Source of the DNA: Candidatus Aenigmatarchaeota archaeon
Lineage (GTDB): Archaea; Aenigmatarchaeota; Aenigmatarchaeia; PWEA01; JACQIF01
DNA: 64,000 bases
Direction of reading: 5' to 3'
NCBI GenBank assembly: GCA_016432325.1
Contig: CP066684.1
Span: 64,001 to 128,000 of the forward strand
In this document: in pieces, positions 1-8,214 of the stretch
How the letters are laid out: each line of letters opens with the position of its first letter
Position numbering within the stretch: position 1 is the first letter of the stretch
The notes under the pieces: generated by a model
Seen by the model: the letters and a program-made list of their open reading frames with translations, nothing else
What the model was told of the DNA's origin: nothing
Database searches by the model: none
Program-made: the position numbers and the translations under genes

Positions 1-13
1 AATGGTGTAGTAA

Positions 14-697
14 ATGGGAAAGGTCATTCGTGCACAGAAGAAGGGCAAGTCGCCGAAGTACTGGGCGCCTTCGCACAGGCATCCGGGCCTGCCCAAGTAC
101 ATCGAAGGAACGCTCGTCGTGAAAGACATAATCCACGGGGTCGCGCGCAACACGCCTCTGCTCAGGGTTCAGGGCGCGAACGCGTCGGCGCTGATGATAG
201 CGTCGGAAGGCGTCGCGACAGGGGACACCGTCTCTGTAGGCGCAGGGGAGACCAAGCCCGGGAACGTCCTTCCTCTCGCGCAGATACCGGAAGGCGTTCC
301 GATATTCAACATCGAGGCCCAGCCAGGCGACAACGGCGCTTACGCGCGCAGCGGCGGTTCATTCGCATTCATAGTTTCCAAGAGCGCGGGGGTTGTCGTT
401 CGTCTCCCGTCCAAGAAGACACGCACGTTCAATCCGTCGTGCCGCGCAACGATCGGAACGCCGGCAGGAGCCGGACGCAAGGACAAGCCCTTCGTGAGCG
501 CAGGCGCGCGCTTCCACTATATGAAGGCCCGCGGCAAGGCGTACCCTGTCGTGAGCGGCGACAAGATGAACGCGGTGGACCACCCGTTCGGCGGCCGAAC
601 CAAGAAGGGAATCCCGAAGACCGTGTCGCGCAACGCGCCTCCTGGCGCGAAGGTCGGCTCGATAGCCGCGAGCCGCACGGGACGCAGGAAGAAGTGA
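14..697 (+). CDS. rpl2: 50S ribosomal protein uL2
   Basis: MGKVIRAQKKG start, MNAVDHPFGG, PPGAKVGSIAASRTG motifs; operon position. Confidence 0.97.
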   Translation: MGKVIRAQKKGKSPKYWAPSHRHPGLPKYIEGTLVVKDIIHGVARNTPLLRVQGANASALMIASEGVATGDTVSVGAGETKPGNVLPLAQIPEGVPIFNIEAQPGDNGAYARSGGSFAFIVSKSAGVVVRLPSKKTRTFNPSCRATIGTPAGAGRKDKPFVSAGARFHYMKARGKAYPVVSGDKMNAVDHPFGGRTKKGIPKTVSRNAPPGAKVGSIAASRTGRRKK

Positions 698-703
698 TGA
701 GAG

Positions 704-898
704 ATGCCAATTTACACAGTTAAGATAACCGCGGAGTGCGAGACGGTATACGAGTTGCGCGACGAAGAAATTGATATCGTTGGCGGTTGGGGCATGGACG
801 CCGAATCTGCCGAGAGTCTCGTAAAGAGGTTGGGGAAGGTTGCGCGAGAGGGGCTGCCCGGGACTACAGGTCCGACAGACATGCATTACGAAATATGA
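704..898 (+). CDS. small hypothetical protein inserted between uL2 and uS19
   Basis: 64-aa ORF exactly filling the gap, co-oriented; no recognisable motif. Confidence 0.55.
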   Translation: MPIYTVKITAECETVYELRDEEIDIVGGWGMDAESAESLVKRLGKVAREGLPGTTGPTDMHYEI

Positions 899-909
899 GT
901 TGACGACGA

Positions 910-1287
910 ATGGCAAAAGAATATCTCTATCGCGGGCGCACGGTTGAAGATTTGAAGAAGCTGAGCCTCGAGGAGTTTGTGACGCTGCTGCCGTCCCGCG
1001 CGCGACGCTCTTTAAAGCGCGGCCTGTCCGACGACCAGAAAACTCTGCTCAAGGACATTCGCGCAAACGCGAGCGTGAAAACGCACGTGCGCGATCTCGT
1101 GATACTGCCCGAGATGGTCGGGAAGAAAATATCGGTGTACAACGGGAAGGAGTTCGTCTCATTCGACGTGATACCGCAGATGATAGGCTTCAGGCTCGGG
1201 GATTTCGCGATAACGATAAAGGAAGTCAAACACTCTTCGCCGGGCATGGGCGCCACGCGTTCGTCCAAGTTCGTGCCGTTGAAGTAA
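910..1287 (+). CDS. rps19: 30S ribosomal protein uS19
   Basis: YRGRTVEDL, KTHVRDLVILPEMVG, GATRSSKFVPLK. Confidence 0.97.
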   Translation: MAKEYLYRGRTVEDLKKLSLEEFVTLLPSRARRSLKRGLSDDQKTLLKDIRANASVKTHVRDLVILPEMVGKKISVYNGKEFVSFDVIPQMIGFRLGDFAITIKEVKHSSPGMGATRSSKFVPLK

Positions 1288-1288
1288 G

Positions 1289-1855
1289 GTGGTTCGTATT
1301 GTAGGATATCCGGTTCAGATAGGGGAAAGGGAAGCGAAGGCCGCGATAGTCTACGCTCCTGTCTCGACCAGAAACTCGCGGGCCGTGTGCAGGCGCATCA
1401 ACGGGATGCCCCTCGAAGCCGCAAAGAAGTATCTGGGAAGCCTGCTCGATGAAAGCGCGAACATAAACGGCCGCCACCACACGTTCGCGGCCGAACAGAT
1501 ACTCGTGCTGCTCGAGAGCGCGCAGAAGAACGCCGAGTTCAGGGGGCTCGGCAAGACGCGCATCCGCACGATAATCGCGGAAGAGGCGCGCCGCATGATA
1601 CGCCGCAAGCGCAAGGGCGGCCGGCAGTTCAAGCTCACGCATCTCAAGGTCGTGCTCCAGGAGGTAGAGAAGCCGAAGGAAGGCGCCAAGAAAGGCCCCA
1701 AGGCAATGGAGACAGCGACCGAAAAGAAAGCAGGCGACGCGGCTGCGGACAAGAAATCAGAAGAGACGGTCGAAAAGCAGACAGGCGAAGAAAAAACAGA
1801 GAAGACCGAACACGCGAAGGAAAAGAAACACGAAAAACACGAACACGCTCACTAG
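1289..1855 (+). CDS. rpl22: 50S ribosomal protein uL22 with Lys/Glu/His-rich C-terminal tail
   Basis: VSTRNSRAVCRRINGM, LLESAQKNAEFRGL, THLKVVLQE; operon order. Confidence 0.93.
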   Translation: MVRIVGYPVQIGEREAKAAIVYAPVSTRNSRAVCRRINGMPLEAAKKYLGSLLDESANINGRHHTFAAEQILVLLESAQKNAEFRGLGKTRIRTIIAEEARRMIRRKRKGGRQFKLTHLKVVLQEVEKPKEGAKKGPKAMETATEKKAGDAAADKKSEETVEKQTGEEKTEKTEHAKEKKHEKHEHAH

Positions 1856-1865
1856 GTGTGACGAT

Positions 1866-2801
1866 ATGGCAAGCATCAAAAAGACATTCGTGAACAAGGG
1901 CATAAGGAAACTGACGATAGAGGAGTACCTCAGGAACAGCTTCCAGAAGGCGGGTTACTCGCACTCGGACATCAGGCGCACGCCTTTGGGGATGCAGATA
2001 ACCGTTCACGCCGACCGCGTGGGCCTCATAATCGGCAGGGGAGGCCAGACCATAAACGCGATGACCGAGAAACTTGAAAAGGATTACGGGCTCGAGAACC
2101 CGAGGCTCAACGTGGAAGAGATAGGCAAGCCGTTCCTCAACGCGAAAATCGTCGCCGAGGAGATAAAGAACGCGGTGGAGAAAAAGGTCAACCACCGCAA
2201 GATTTGCAACATCATGATGCAGAGAATACTTGCAGCCGGCGCAGTCGGATGCCAGATACGCATAAGCGGTCGCATAGGAGGCGCCAAGTCGCGCAGGGAC
2301 AAGTTCAACATCGGTTACCTGAAGCACTCCGGGCAGTATGCGAAGGATCTCGTGGACACGGCCACGGTGGAAGCGCAGACGAAGCTCTCTTCGATAGGCA
2401 TCAAGGTCAAGATAATGAGATCGAAGCCGGAGGCGGACATAGCGTCGCTGCGCGCAATCATGGAGAAGAGACCCGAGGCGGCGCAGGCCGTTCAGCTCAG
2501 ATGCCCTGTCTGCAGCAAGGATTACGACAACGAACGTTCGCTCAAGATACATATCGGTCAGAGACACCCGGAGGCGCAGGCGCCTGTCGCATCCGCGCAG
2601 GCGGACGCGTCGCCGCCTCAGGAAGACACCAAAGTCGCGCAGCTGCTCGAAGGCAACGTCTCAGACGTCAGGAAGAAGATAGAAGATGCCAGAAGGCCGG
2701 ACGTCAAACTGCTGCTCAGGTCCGAAAAGGAAGGCAAGAACAGGAAAGGAGTCGTCGAGTATCTGGAGAGACGCGTTGCGGAGAAGGAGGCGAAATCGTA
2801 A
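1866..2801 (+). CDS. rps3: 30S ribosomal protein uS3 with C-terminal C2H2 zinc finger and helical extension
   Basis: KH motif GLIIGRGG, GCQIRISGRI, GIKVKIM; about 120 extra C-terminal residues. Confidence 0.96.
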   Translation: MASIKKTFVNKGIRKLTIEEYLRNSFQKAGYSHSDIRRTPLGMQITVHADRVGLIIGRGGQTINAMTEKLEKDYGLENPRLNVEEIGKPFLNAKIVAEEIKNAVEKKVNHRKICNIMMQRILAAGAVGCQIRISGRIGGAKSRRDKFNIGYLKHSGQYAKDLVDTATVEAQTKLSSIGIKVKIMRSKPEADIASLRAIMEKRPEAAQAVQLRCPVCSKDYDNERSLKIHIGQRHPEAQAPVASAQADASPPQEDTKVAQLLEGNVSDVRKKIEDARRPDVKLLLRSEKEGKNRKGVVEYLERRVAEKEAKS

Positions 2802-3037
2802 TGAGCATCATACGCGCGAAGGAGATGAGGTCGATGGAAGAGCGGGAACTTCGCAAGCGCGTCGACGAGTTGAGACTCGAGCTTACGAAATCGCAGGCTC
2901 AGGTGGCCATAGGCGGCGCGCCGCCGAATCCGGGCAGGATAGGGGAGATAAAGAGAACAATCGCACGCGCGTTGACGATAAGGAGGGAGCGCGCATCAAA
3001 GTCACAATCGCAGAAACCCGCAAAACGAGGTGCATGA
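2801..3037 (+). CDS. rpl29: 50S ribosomal protein uL29
   Basis: MSIIRAKEMRSM...NPGRIGEIKRTIARALT; TAATG overlap with rps3. Confidence 0.95.
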   Translation: MSIIRAKEMRSMEERELRKRVDELRLELTKSQAQVAIGGAPPNPGRIGEIKRTIARALTIRRERASKSQSQKPAKRGA

Positions 3038-3091
3038 AACATGGTTTCATACCTCCTCGCTTCGAAAAAATCCAGAGGTGACAAGAAATAG
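3034..3091 (+). repeat. gene-start hairpin element before sui1
   Basis: ATGAAAC-ATG-GTTTCAT stem, anti-SD ACCTC, SD GAGGTG; uORF 3041-3091. Confidence 0.7.
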
Positions 3092-3414
3092 CAGAAGTAT
3101 GCCCCAACTGCGGGCTTCCAAAGGCTCTGTGCGTCTGCGAGACGATGGCCAAGGAGAGCGAGAAGATAAAAATCTCCGTGGAGAACAGGCGATTCGGCAA
3201 GGACGTTACGATAGTCGAAAACGTCCTTGAGGGCATGAATCCCCAGATGATAACGAAGACGCTAAAGCAGAAACTCGCGTGCGGCGGGACATACAAGAAC
3301 GGCCGCATAGAACTGCAGGGCGACCACCTGAGACGCGCCGAGGAAATCCTCGTCTCACTGGGGTTCGACAAGGCGCAGATAGAGAAAGGCGGCAGAAAAA
3401 GGATGGGCCGGTGA
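3088..3414 (+). CDS. sui1: translation initiation factor aIF1/SUI1 (apparent ATA start)
   Basis: AEVCPNCGLPKALCVCE zinc knuckle lies in frame upstream of the ATG at 3145; LKQKLACGGT, IELQGDH; SD GAGGTGA 6 nt before ATA; in-frame TGA at 3079. Confidence 0.9.
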   Translation: MAEVCPNCGLPKALCVCETMAKESEKIKISVENRRFGKDVTIVENVLEGMNPQMITKTLKQKLACGGTYKNGRIELQGDHLRRAEEILVSLGFDKAQIEKGGRKRMGR

Positions 3415-3698
3415 TGCGTACGATAACTCCGGGAAACGTCGTGAATCATGAGCTGATAGGGTTGAAGGTGAAGGTCGTGGAAGCGGATAATAAGGCACAG
3501 AAGGGAATCGAAGGCCGCGTCGTCGACGAGACGAAGGGCTCGCTCGTCGTGGAAACGCAAAGAGGAGAGAAGAAAGTGGATAAGAAAGGACGAACGTTCG
3601 CATTCACAATCCCAAGCGGGAAGCGCGTGCGCGTCGACGGAAACGTCATCGCGTATCGACCGGAAGACCGCATCAAGCGAAGATTGGAGAAGTGGTGA
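3414..3698 (+). CDS. rnp1: RNase P protein Rpp29/POP4
   Basis: NVVNHELIGLKVKV, GIEGRVVDET, RPEDRIK; canonical position after sui1. Confidence 0.94.
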   Translation: MRTITPGNVVNHELIGLKVKVVEADNKAQKGIEGRVVDETKGSLVVETQRGEKKVDKKGRTFAFTIPSGKRVRVDGNVIAYRPEDRIKRRLEKW

Positions 3699-3701
3699 AG
3701 G

Positions 3702-3887
3702 ATGAAAGTAATCGAGGTTAGAGACAAGAGGAGAGTCGAACACTATCTGGTTCCCTCCGGAACGCTGGCGGATTTGGAGAGAAAGGCGATAGCGCTCGAT
3801 GACGTGATTCCGCTCTGCGATAGACTGCCCGAATACAAAGGGCATGTCGATTATACAGTAACGCTTGAGAGAAAGGTGGCGAAATGA
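3702..3887 (+). CDS. small hypothetical protein inserted between rnp1 and uS17
   Basis: 61-aa ORF with GGTGA SD and ATGA overlap to rps17. Confidence 0.55.
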   Translation: MKVIEVRDKRRVEHYLVPSGTLADLERKAIALDDVIPLCDRLPEYKGHVDYTVTLERKVAK

Positions 3888-4225
3888 GCGTGCGTGACAT
3901 AGGAATCGACGTGACGAAACCGGCCGGTACGTGCAGCGACGCGAAGTGCCCGTTCCACGGAACTCTGCCCGTGCGCGGTCGAGTCTTCAAAGGCGAAGTG
4001 ATAAGCAGCCTCGCTGCGAAATCCGCCACAGTGCGCTGGGAGTTCGCCCAGTTCGTCACGAAATACGAGCGCTATGCGCGCAGAAACACCAAGGTCGTGG
4101 CTTACAGTCCTTCATGCATAGGCGCCAAGAAGGGCGACATCGTACGAGTCGCGGAGTGCAGGCCTCTGAGCAAGACGAAGCGTTTCGTAGTCATCGAAAA
4201 AGTAACTGCAGGTGAGAAAAAATGA
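3884..4225 (+). CDS. rps17: 30S ribosomal protein uS17
   Basis: CSDAKCPFHG, ECRPLSKTKRFVV. Confidence 0.97.
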   Translation: MSVRDIGIDVTKPAGTCSDAKCPFHGTLPVRGRVFKGEVISSLAAKSATVRWEFAQFVTKYERYARRNTKVVAYSPSCIGAKKGDIVRVAECRPLSKTKRFVVIEKVTAGEKK

Positions 4226-4281
4226 AATGTCAACGCCATTTCAGATTTACCTCACACAAGACACAGGAGGTTCGGTAAAAA
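4222..4281 (+). repeat. gene-start hairpin element before rpl14
   Basis: AAAAATGA duplicated; TGAAATG/CATTTCA stem; ACCTC...GAGGT; uORF 4222-4278. Confidence 0.75.
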
Positions 4282-4680
4282 ATGAGACCCGTCTCGGCCA
4301 GGATAATCAAGGGAATCAACCACAGCGCGTGGCTGGACTGCGCGGACAACTCAGGAGCGAAAATCCTCAGGGTGTTCACGGTGAAAGGTTACAAGGGAAC
4401 CAAGCGCCGCATGGTAAAGTGCGGCGTCGGAGACGTCATAATGTGTTCCGTAAAGCGCGGAACCCCGAAGATGAGGGAAGAGACGCCTCTGGCCGTTGTC
4501 ATACGCCAGCGCAAGGAGTACAGGAGATACGACGGCCGCCGCATAAAGTTCGAGGACAACGCGGCCGTACTGGTCAACGATCGCCTGGAGCCGCGCGGCT
4601 CTGAGATCAAGGGCGCGGTGGCAAAAGAGGTAGTGGTCCGGTTCCCGAGCGTCGGGAAGATGGCCAGCATAGTGGTGTAA
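4282..4680 (+). CDS. rpl14: 50S ribosomal protein uL14
   Basis: CADNSGAK, FEDNAAVLV, IKGAVAKE. Confidence 0.97.
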   Translation: MRPVSARIIKGINHSAWLDCADNSGAKILRVFTVKGYKGTKRRMVKCGVGDVIMCSVKRGTPKMREETPLAVVIRQRKEYRRYDGRRIKFEDNAAVLVNDRLEPRGSEIKGAVAKEVVVRFPSVGKMASIVV

Positions 4681-4682
4681 AT

Positions 4683-5201
4683 ATGCGCATAAGATCCGTC
4701 CAGCCGAGAAAACAGCGCGCGTACGTGTACAACGCGCCCCTGCACACTCGCCAGAAGCTCGTGCACGCGGCCCTGGACAAGAAACTGCGCAAGGAATACG
4801 GTCGGCGCTCGCTCGCGCTGAGGAAGGGAGACAAGGTCGAAGTGATGAGAGGCTCGTTCGCCGGCGTCAGAGGCGAGATAAAGGAAGTGGACCTCAAAGA
4901 CCTGCGAGTTACGGTGGACGGCGTGAAGAGGAAGAAGGCAGACGGAACCGAAGTGCAGGTTCGCATGCATCCCTCGAATTTGAGAATCATCGAAGCCCTG
5001 GTGGACGACAAGAAACGCGCTCGCATAATAGAGCGTTCGGGAGGCAAGGTCACACTCACAAAGAAAAAGACAGAGAAGGAGGCAAAGGCCGCACACACGG
5101 AAGGGGTAAAGTGTCCCCTATGCAGCGAGACGTTCGAAAACAACGCGGCGGCCAACGTGCACGTGACAGAGAAGCACAAGGAGTACGCACAACAGCAATG
5201 A
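4683..5201 (+). CDS. rpl24: 50S ribosomal protein uL24 with C-terminal C2H2 zinc finger
   Basis: QPRKQR, KOW motif KGDKVEVMRG, HPSNLRII; tail CPLC-x12-H-x4-H. Confidence 0.96.
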   Translation: MRIRSVQPRKQRAYVYNAPLHTRQKLVHAALDKKLRKEYGRRSLALRKGDKVEVMRGSFAGVRGEIKEVDLKDLRVTVDGVKRKKADGTEVQVRMHPSNLRIIEALVDDKKRARIIERSGGKVTLTKKKTEKEAKAAHTEGVKCPLCSETFENNAAANVHVTEKHKEYAQQQ

Positions 5202-5211
5202 CGGTGAACAT

Positions 5212-5904
5212 ATGGTTCGTGTAAAAAGGATTTCAGCGCCGGCGACATTCCCGGTACCGCGCAAGACAGGAGGCAGGTTCGCCCCCACTCCCAGCGCAGG
5301 TCCCCATTCAAAGAGCGAGTGCGCTCCGCTCCTGACGGTAATAAGGGACGCACTGAAGCTGGCTTCGACTGCAAAGGAGGCCCGCGCAGCCATAGTCTTG
5401 GGCAAGGTCACTGTCAACGGCGCCGTGCGCAAAGATTACAGGTTTCCCGTCGGGATATTCGACGTGGTCGGAGTCGCAGGCGAACACTATCGCGCGCTCC
5501 CGACTGCCAGCGGACTGGCGTTCATGAAGACGCCGAAGAAGGACGCTGAACTAAAGCTGTACAGGGTTGAGAACAAGACCGTCGTGCGCGGAGGCCGCGT
5601 CCAGATGAACCTGAGCGACGGAACCAACATACTGGCCGATGCCGGCGCGTACGCGACAGGAGACACGCTGGCCCTCAAACCCGATTTAAAGGTTGCGGCC
5701 CACGTGAAACGGGCCAAAGGCGCCGTCTGCGTGCTCATCCGCGGCCGCAACATCGGCAAACTCGCCGTGATTGAGAGCGTCAACCTCGTCCGCGGGACAG
5801 GAGAGAACACGGCGAACCTCAGGCTCGGCGATTCGGTCATACAGGTTCCCGTGAACACGATATTCGTGGTCGGCGACAAGGAGCCGATAATCAAGATGGA
5901 GTAG
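5212..5904 (+). CDS. rps4e: 30S ribosomal protein eS4
   Basis: KRISAP, GPHSK, VRKDYRFPVGIFDV. Confidence 0.96.
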   Translation: MVRVKRISAPATFPVPRKTGGRFAPTPSAGPHSKSECAPLLTVIRDALKLASTAKEARAAIVLGKVTVNGAVRKDYRFPVGIFDVVGVAGEHYRALPTASGLAFMKTPKKDAELKLYRVENKTVVRGGRVQMNLSDGTNILADAGAYATGDTLALKPDLKVAAHVKRAKGAVCVLIRGRNIGKLAVIESVNLVRGTGENTANLRLGDSVIQVPVNTIFVVGDKEPIIKME

Positions 5905-5911
5905 GGTTACG

Positions 5912-6478
5912 ATGCAGGAGACAAAGATGGAAAATGCGATGCGCGACATTCGAACGCGTAGCGTTCGAAGCGCTTCGAACCCGATGTTCGAAGGAGTGCG
6001 CGTGGAAAAGGTGACGCTCAATATAGGAGTCGGAGAAGGAGGAGACAAGCTCCAGAAGGGAGCGACTCTCCTGAACGCTCTCGCCGGCCAGACCGTTTAC
6101 ATGGCCAAGGCGCTGAAGCGAACGACCTTCGGCACGCCGCGGGGCAGGCCCATAGGCGCGAAGGTCACTCTCCGCGGAGCGAAGGCCGAGGAGTTCATAA
6201 AGCTCGCGTTGCGTTCAAAGGACAACAAGATCCCGGAGAAGGCGTTCGACAGCACGGGCAACCTCTCGTTCGGGGTCGCGGAGCACATAGACCTGCCGGG
6301 CGTGCGTTACGATCCCAAGATAGGAGTATTCGGCATGGACGTCTGCATCACGCTGGGAAGGCCCGGATACAGGGTGAAGAAGAAGGCCCGTCCGACGCGC
6401 GTGGGAAAGACGCACCTGTTGACGCGCGAGGACGCGATGGAGTTCATGCGCAAGAAGTTCGGGGCTGAACTCGTATGA
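5912..6478 (+). CDS. rpl5: 50S ribosomal protein uL5 (alternative start 5927) carrying an in-frame palindromic insert
   Basis: [32 protein letters not shown]. Confidence 0.96.
   Translation: MQETKMENAMRDIRTRSVRSASNPMFEGVRVEKVTLNIGVGEGGDKLQKGATLLNALAGQTVYMAKALKRTTFGTPRGRPIGAKVTLRGAKAEEFIKLALRSKDNKIPEKAFDSTGNLSFGVAEHIDLPGVRYDPKIGVFGMDVCITLGRPGYRVKKKARPTRVGKTHLLTREDAMEFMRKKFGAELV
5949..5992. repeat. in-frame double hairpin insert in rpl5
   Basis: two TTCGAAC-n-GTTCGAA hairpins. Confidence 0.8.
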
Positions 6479-6618
6479 CGGAGAAAATGAAGAACGTAAA
6501 GAATTGCAGGCGTTGCGGCAAGAGCAACGGAGGAATAATCACGCGATACGGCCTGCTGTACTGCAGGCAGTGCTTCCGCGAGGTCGCGGAACAGATAGGA
6601 TTCAGGAAGTATGATTAG
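6475..6618 (+). CDS. rps14: 30S ribosomal protein uS14 (zinc type; absent from the ORF track)
   Basis: manual translation [15 protein letters not shown]...[23 protein letters not shown]. Confidence 0.95.
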   Translation: MTEKMKNVKNCRRCGKSNGGIITRYGLLYCRQCFREVAEQIGFRKYD

Positions 6619-6626
6619 GTGGGAAC

Positions 6627-7013
6627 ATGAGGCACGACACGCTCGCAGACGCGCTTTCGGCGATAAGAAACGCCGAGCACGTGGGGAAGAAGAGTTGCGT
6701 AGTCCCGGCTTCGGCCCTCGTCAAGAACGTGCTGGCGCTGATGCAGAAGCGCGGTTACGTCGGGGAGTACGAGTTCGTGGACGACGGCAAGAGCGGCTTC
6801 TTCCGCATAGCGCTCGCGGGCAAGATAAACGACTGCGGCGTCGTGAGGCCGCGCTTCTCTGTGGAGCGCAACAAGTACGTAAAGTGGGAGAAGAGATTCC
6901 TGCCGTCGGACGGCTTCGGCTGCCTGCTGGTTTCCACGTCCAAAGGGGTCATGGACAACGACGAAGCGAAGAAGGCGCGCACAGGAGGCGTGCTGGTAGG
7001 ATACATCTATTAG
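6627..7013 (+). CDS. rps8: 30S ribosomal protein uS8
   Basis: DTLADALSAIRNAE, VSTSKGVM. Confidence 0.97.
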   Translation: MRHDTLADALSAIRNAEHVGKKSCVVPASALVKNVLALMQKRGYVGEYEFVDDGKSGFFRIALAGKINDCGVVRPRFSVERNKYVKWEKRFLPSDGFGCLLVSTSKGVMDNDEAKKARTGGVLVGYIY

Positions 7014-7022
7014 GTGTTCGGC

Positions 7023-7544
7023 ATGGAAGCGACTATTGAAGTTCCAGAGGACGTCACAGCAGTGATGGAAGGCGCGAACGTGCGCGTCAAGGGACCGAAG
7101 GGCGAACTTTCCAGAAGTTTCAGGAGCCCCTTGGTCAGCGTGGCCCTTCACGACGGCGCGTTCAGGATAACGTCCCGCGACGAGCGACGCGCGACACGCG
7201 CGCTAGTCGGCACGTGGCGAGCGCACCTGCGCAACATGTTCACCGGCGTCACGGCCGGCTACGAGAAGAAGATGAAGATAATCCACGTCCACTTCCCGAT
7301 GAGCGTCAAGATAGAGGGCGCCCGCGTGGCGGTGCAGAACCTGTTGGGACAGAAGAGTCCCAGATACGCGCGCATAGAGACCGGTGTAGAGGCGAACATC
7401 GAAGGCGACGAAATATCGGTAAAAGGAACGAGCAAGGACGCCGTCGGACAGACCGTGAGCAACATAGAGACAGCCACGAAGCTGGCCAACAGGCGCGACC
7501 GCCGCAGGTTTTACGACGGCGTGTATCTCGTGAAGGCGAAGTAG
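7023..7544 (+). CDS. rpl6: 50S ribosomal protein uL6
   Basis: VKGPKGEL, HFPMSVK, DRRRFYDGVY. Confidence 0.96.
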   Translation: MEATIEVPEDVTAVMEGANVRVKGPKGELSRSFRSPLVSVALHDGAFRITSRDERRATRALVGTWRAHLRNMFTGVTAGYEKKMKIIHVHFPMSVKIEGARVAVQNLLGQKSPRYARIETGVEANIEGDEISVKGTSKDAVGQTVSNIETATKLANRRDRRRFYDGVYLVKAK

Positions 7545-7592
7545 TTCAAAAGTTTCCCGTGCGAAGCAAGGGAAGCCTGAAATGGTGAGGAT
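7543..7592 (+). repeat. hairpin element before rpl32e
   Basis: AGTTCAAAAG duplicated; TTCCC/GGGAA stem inside TTCA/TGAA. Confidence 0.55.
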
Positions 7593-7970
7593 ATGTCAGA
7601 AAAGTTCAAAAGGCAGATGTGGTGGCTGAAGAAGCTCGGCAAGAGCTGGAGACGGCCGCGAGGCAAGCAGAACAAGCTGCGCCAGGAGATGAAAGGCAAG
7701 GGCAGGCTGCCCACAGTGGGTTACGGAAGCCCTGCGGCAGAGCGCGGCAAGCACCCCTCTGGGATGTACGAATTCATGGTGTTCAACGTCGCCGATGTCG
7801 CGCGTGCAGACGCGAAACATGCGATTCGCATCGCGGGCTCTGTCGGAACGAGGAAAAGGCTGGACATCATGAAGGCATGCAAAACGAAAGGGCTGACTGT
7901 CCTGAATCCGGGTAAAAAGACGATTGAAATGATGAACCAGAAAGCAGACAAGAAGGAGGCAAAGACGTGA
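7593..7970 (+). CDS. rpl32e: 50S ribosomal protein eL32
   Basis: KFKRQ, SWRRPRG, VGYGSP, HPSG, VLNP. Confidence 0.94.
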   Translation: MSEKFKRQMWWLKKLGKSWRRPRGKQNKLRQEMKGKGRLPTVGYGSPAAERGKHPSGMYEFMVFNVADVARADAKHAIRIAGSVGTRKRLDIMKACKTKGLTVLNPGKKTIEMMNQKADKKEAKT

Positions 7971-8152
7971 TCATACACAGGAGCGAAAATGCGTGCCCGA
8001 TATGCGGCATAGTGGGACAGCCGATCGTCCTGAACGAGGGTTCAAAGGCGCATAAGGCCCACAACTGCCGCACCTGCGGGACCGTGTTCAACGCCTTCGG
8101 CGTGATACTTTCGCCGCACGAACACGCGGCGGATGAGATGGAGCTAAACTAG
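7967..8152 (+). CDS. small zinc-ribbon protein (CxxC...CxxC)
   Basis: CPICG and CRTCG; GTGA overlap with rpl32e; GGAGG SD. Confidence 0.7.
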   Translation: MIIHRSENACPICGIVGQPIVLNEGSKAHKAHNCRTCGTVFNAFGVILSPHEHAADEMELN

Positions 8153-8161
8153 GGTGTACGT

Positions 8162-8214
8162 ATGAACCAAATGAAACCACCGTTTCAAAAGTTCATGCAG
8201 TGCAGGTGAAGAAC
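8162..8214 (+). repeat. gene-start hairpin element before rpl19e
   Basis: ATGAACC duplicated; ATGAAC..TGAAAC-CACC-GTTTCA..GTTCAT. Confidence 0.75.

Noticed and set aside
5940-6005. Archaeal bulge-helix-bulge mRNA intron in rpl5, and similarly for the other elements
   Set aside because: Manual pairing of the rpl5 insert gives bulges in the wrong orientation or size for a canonical BHB. The insert is in frame and the other copies have their own SD and start, so splicing is not required. It cannot be fully excluded without RNA data.
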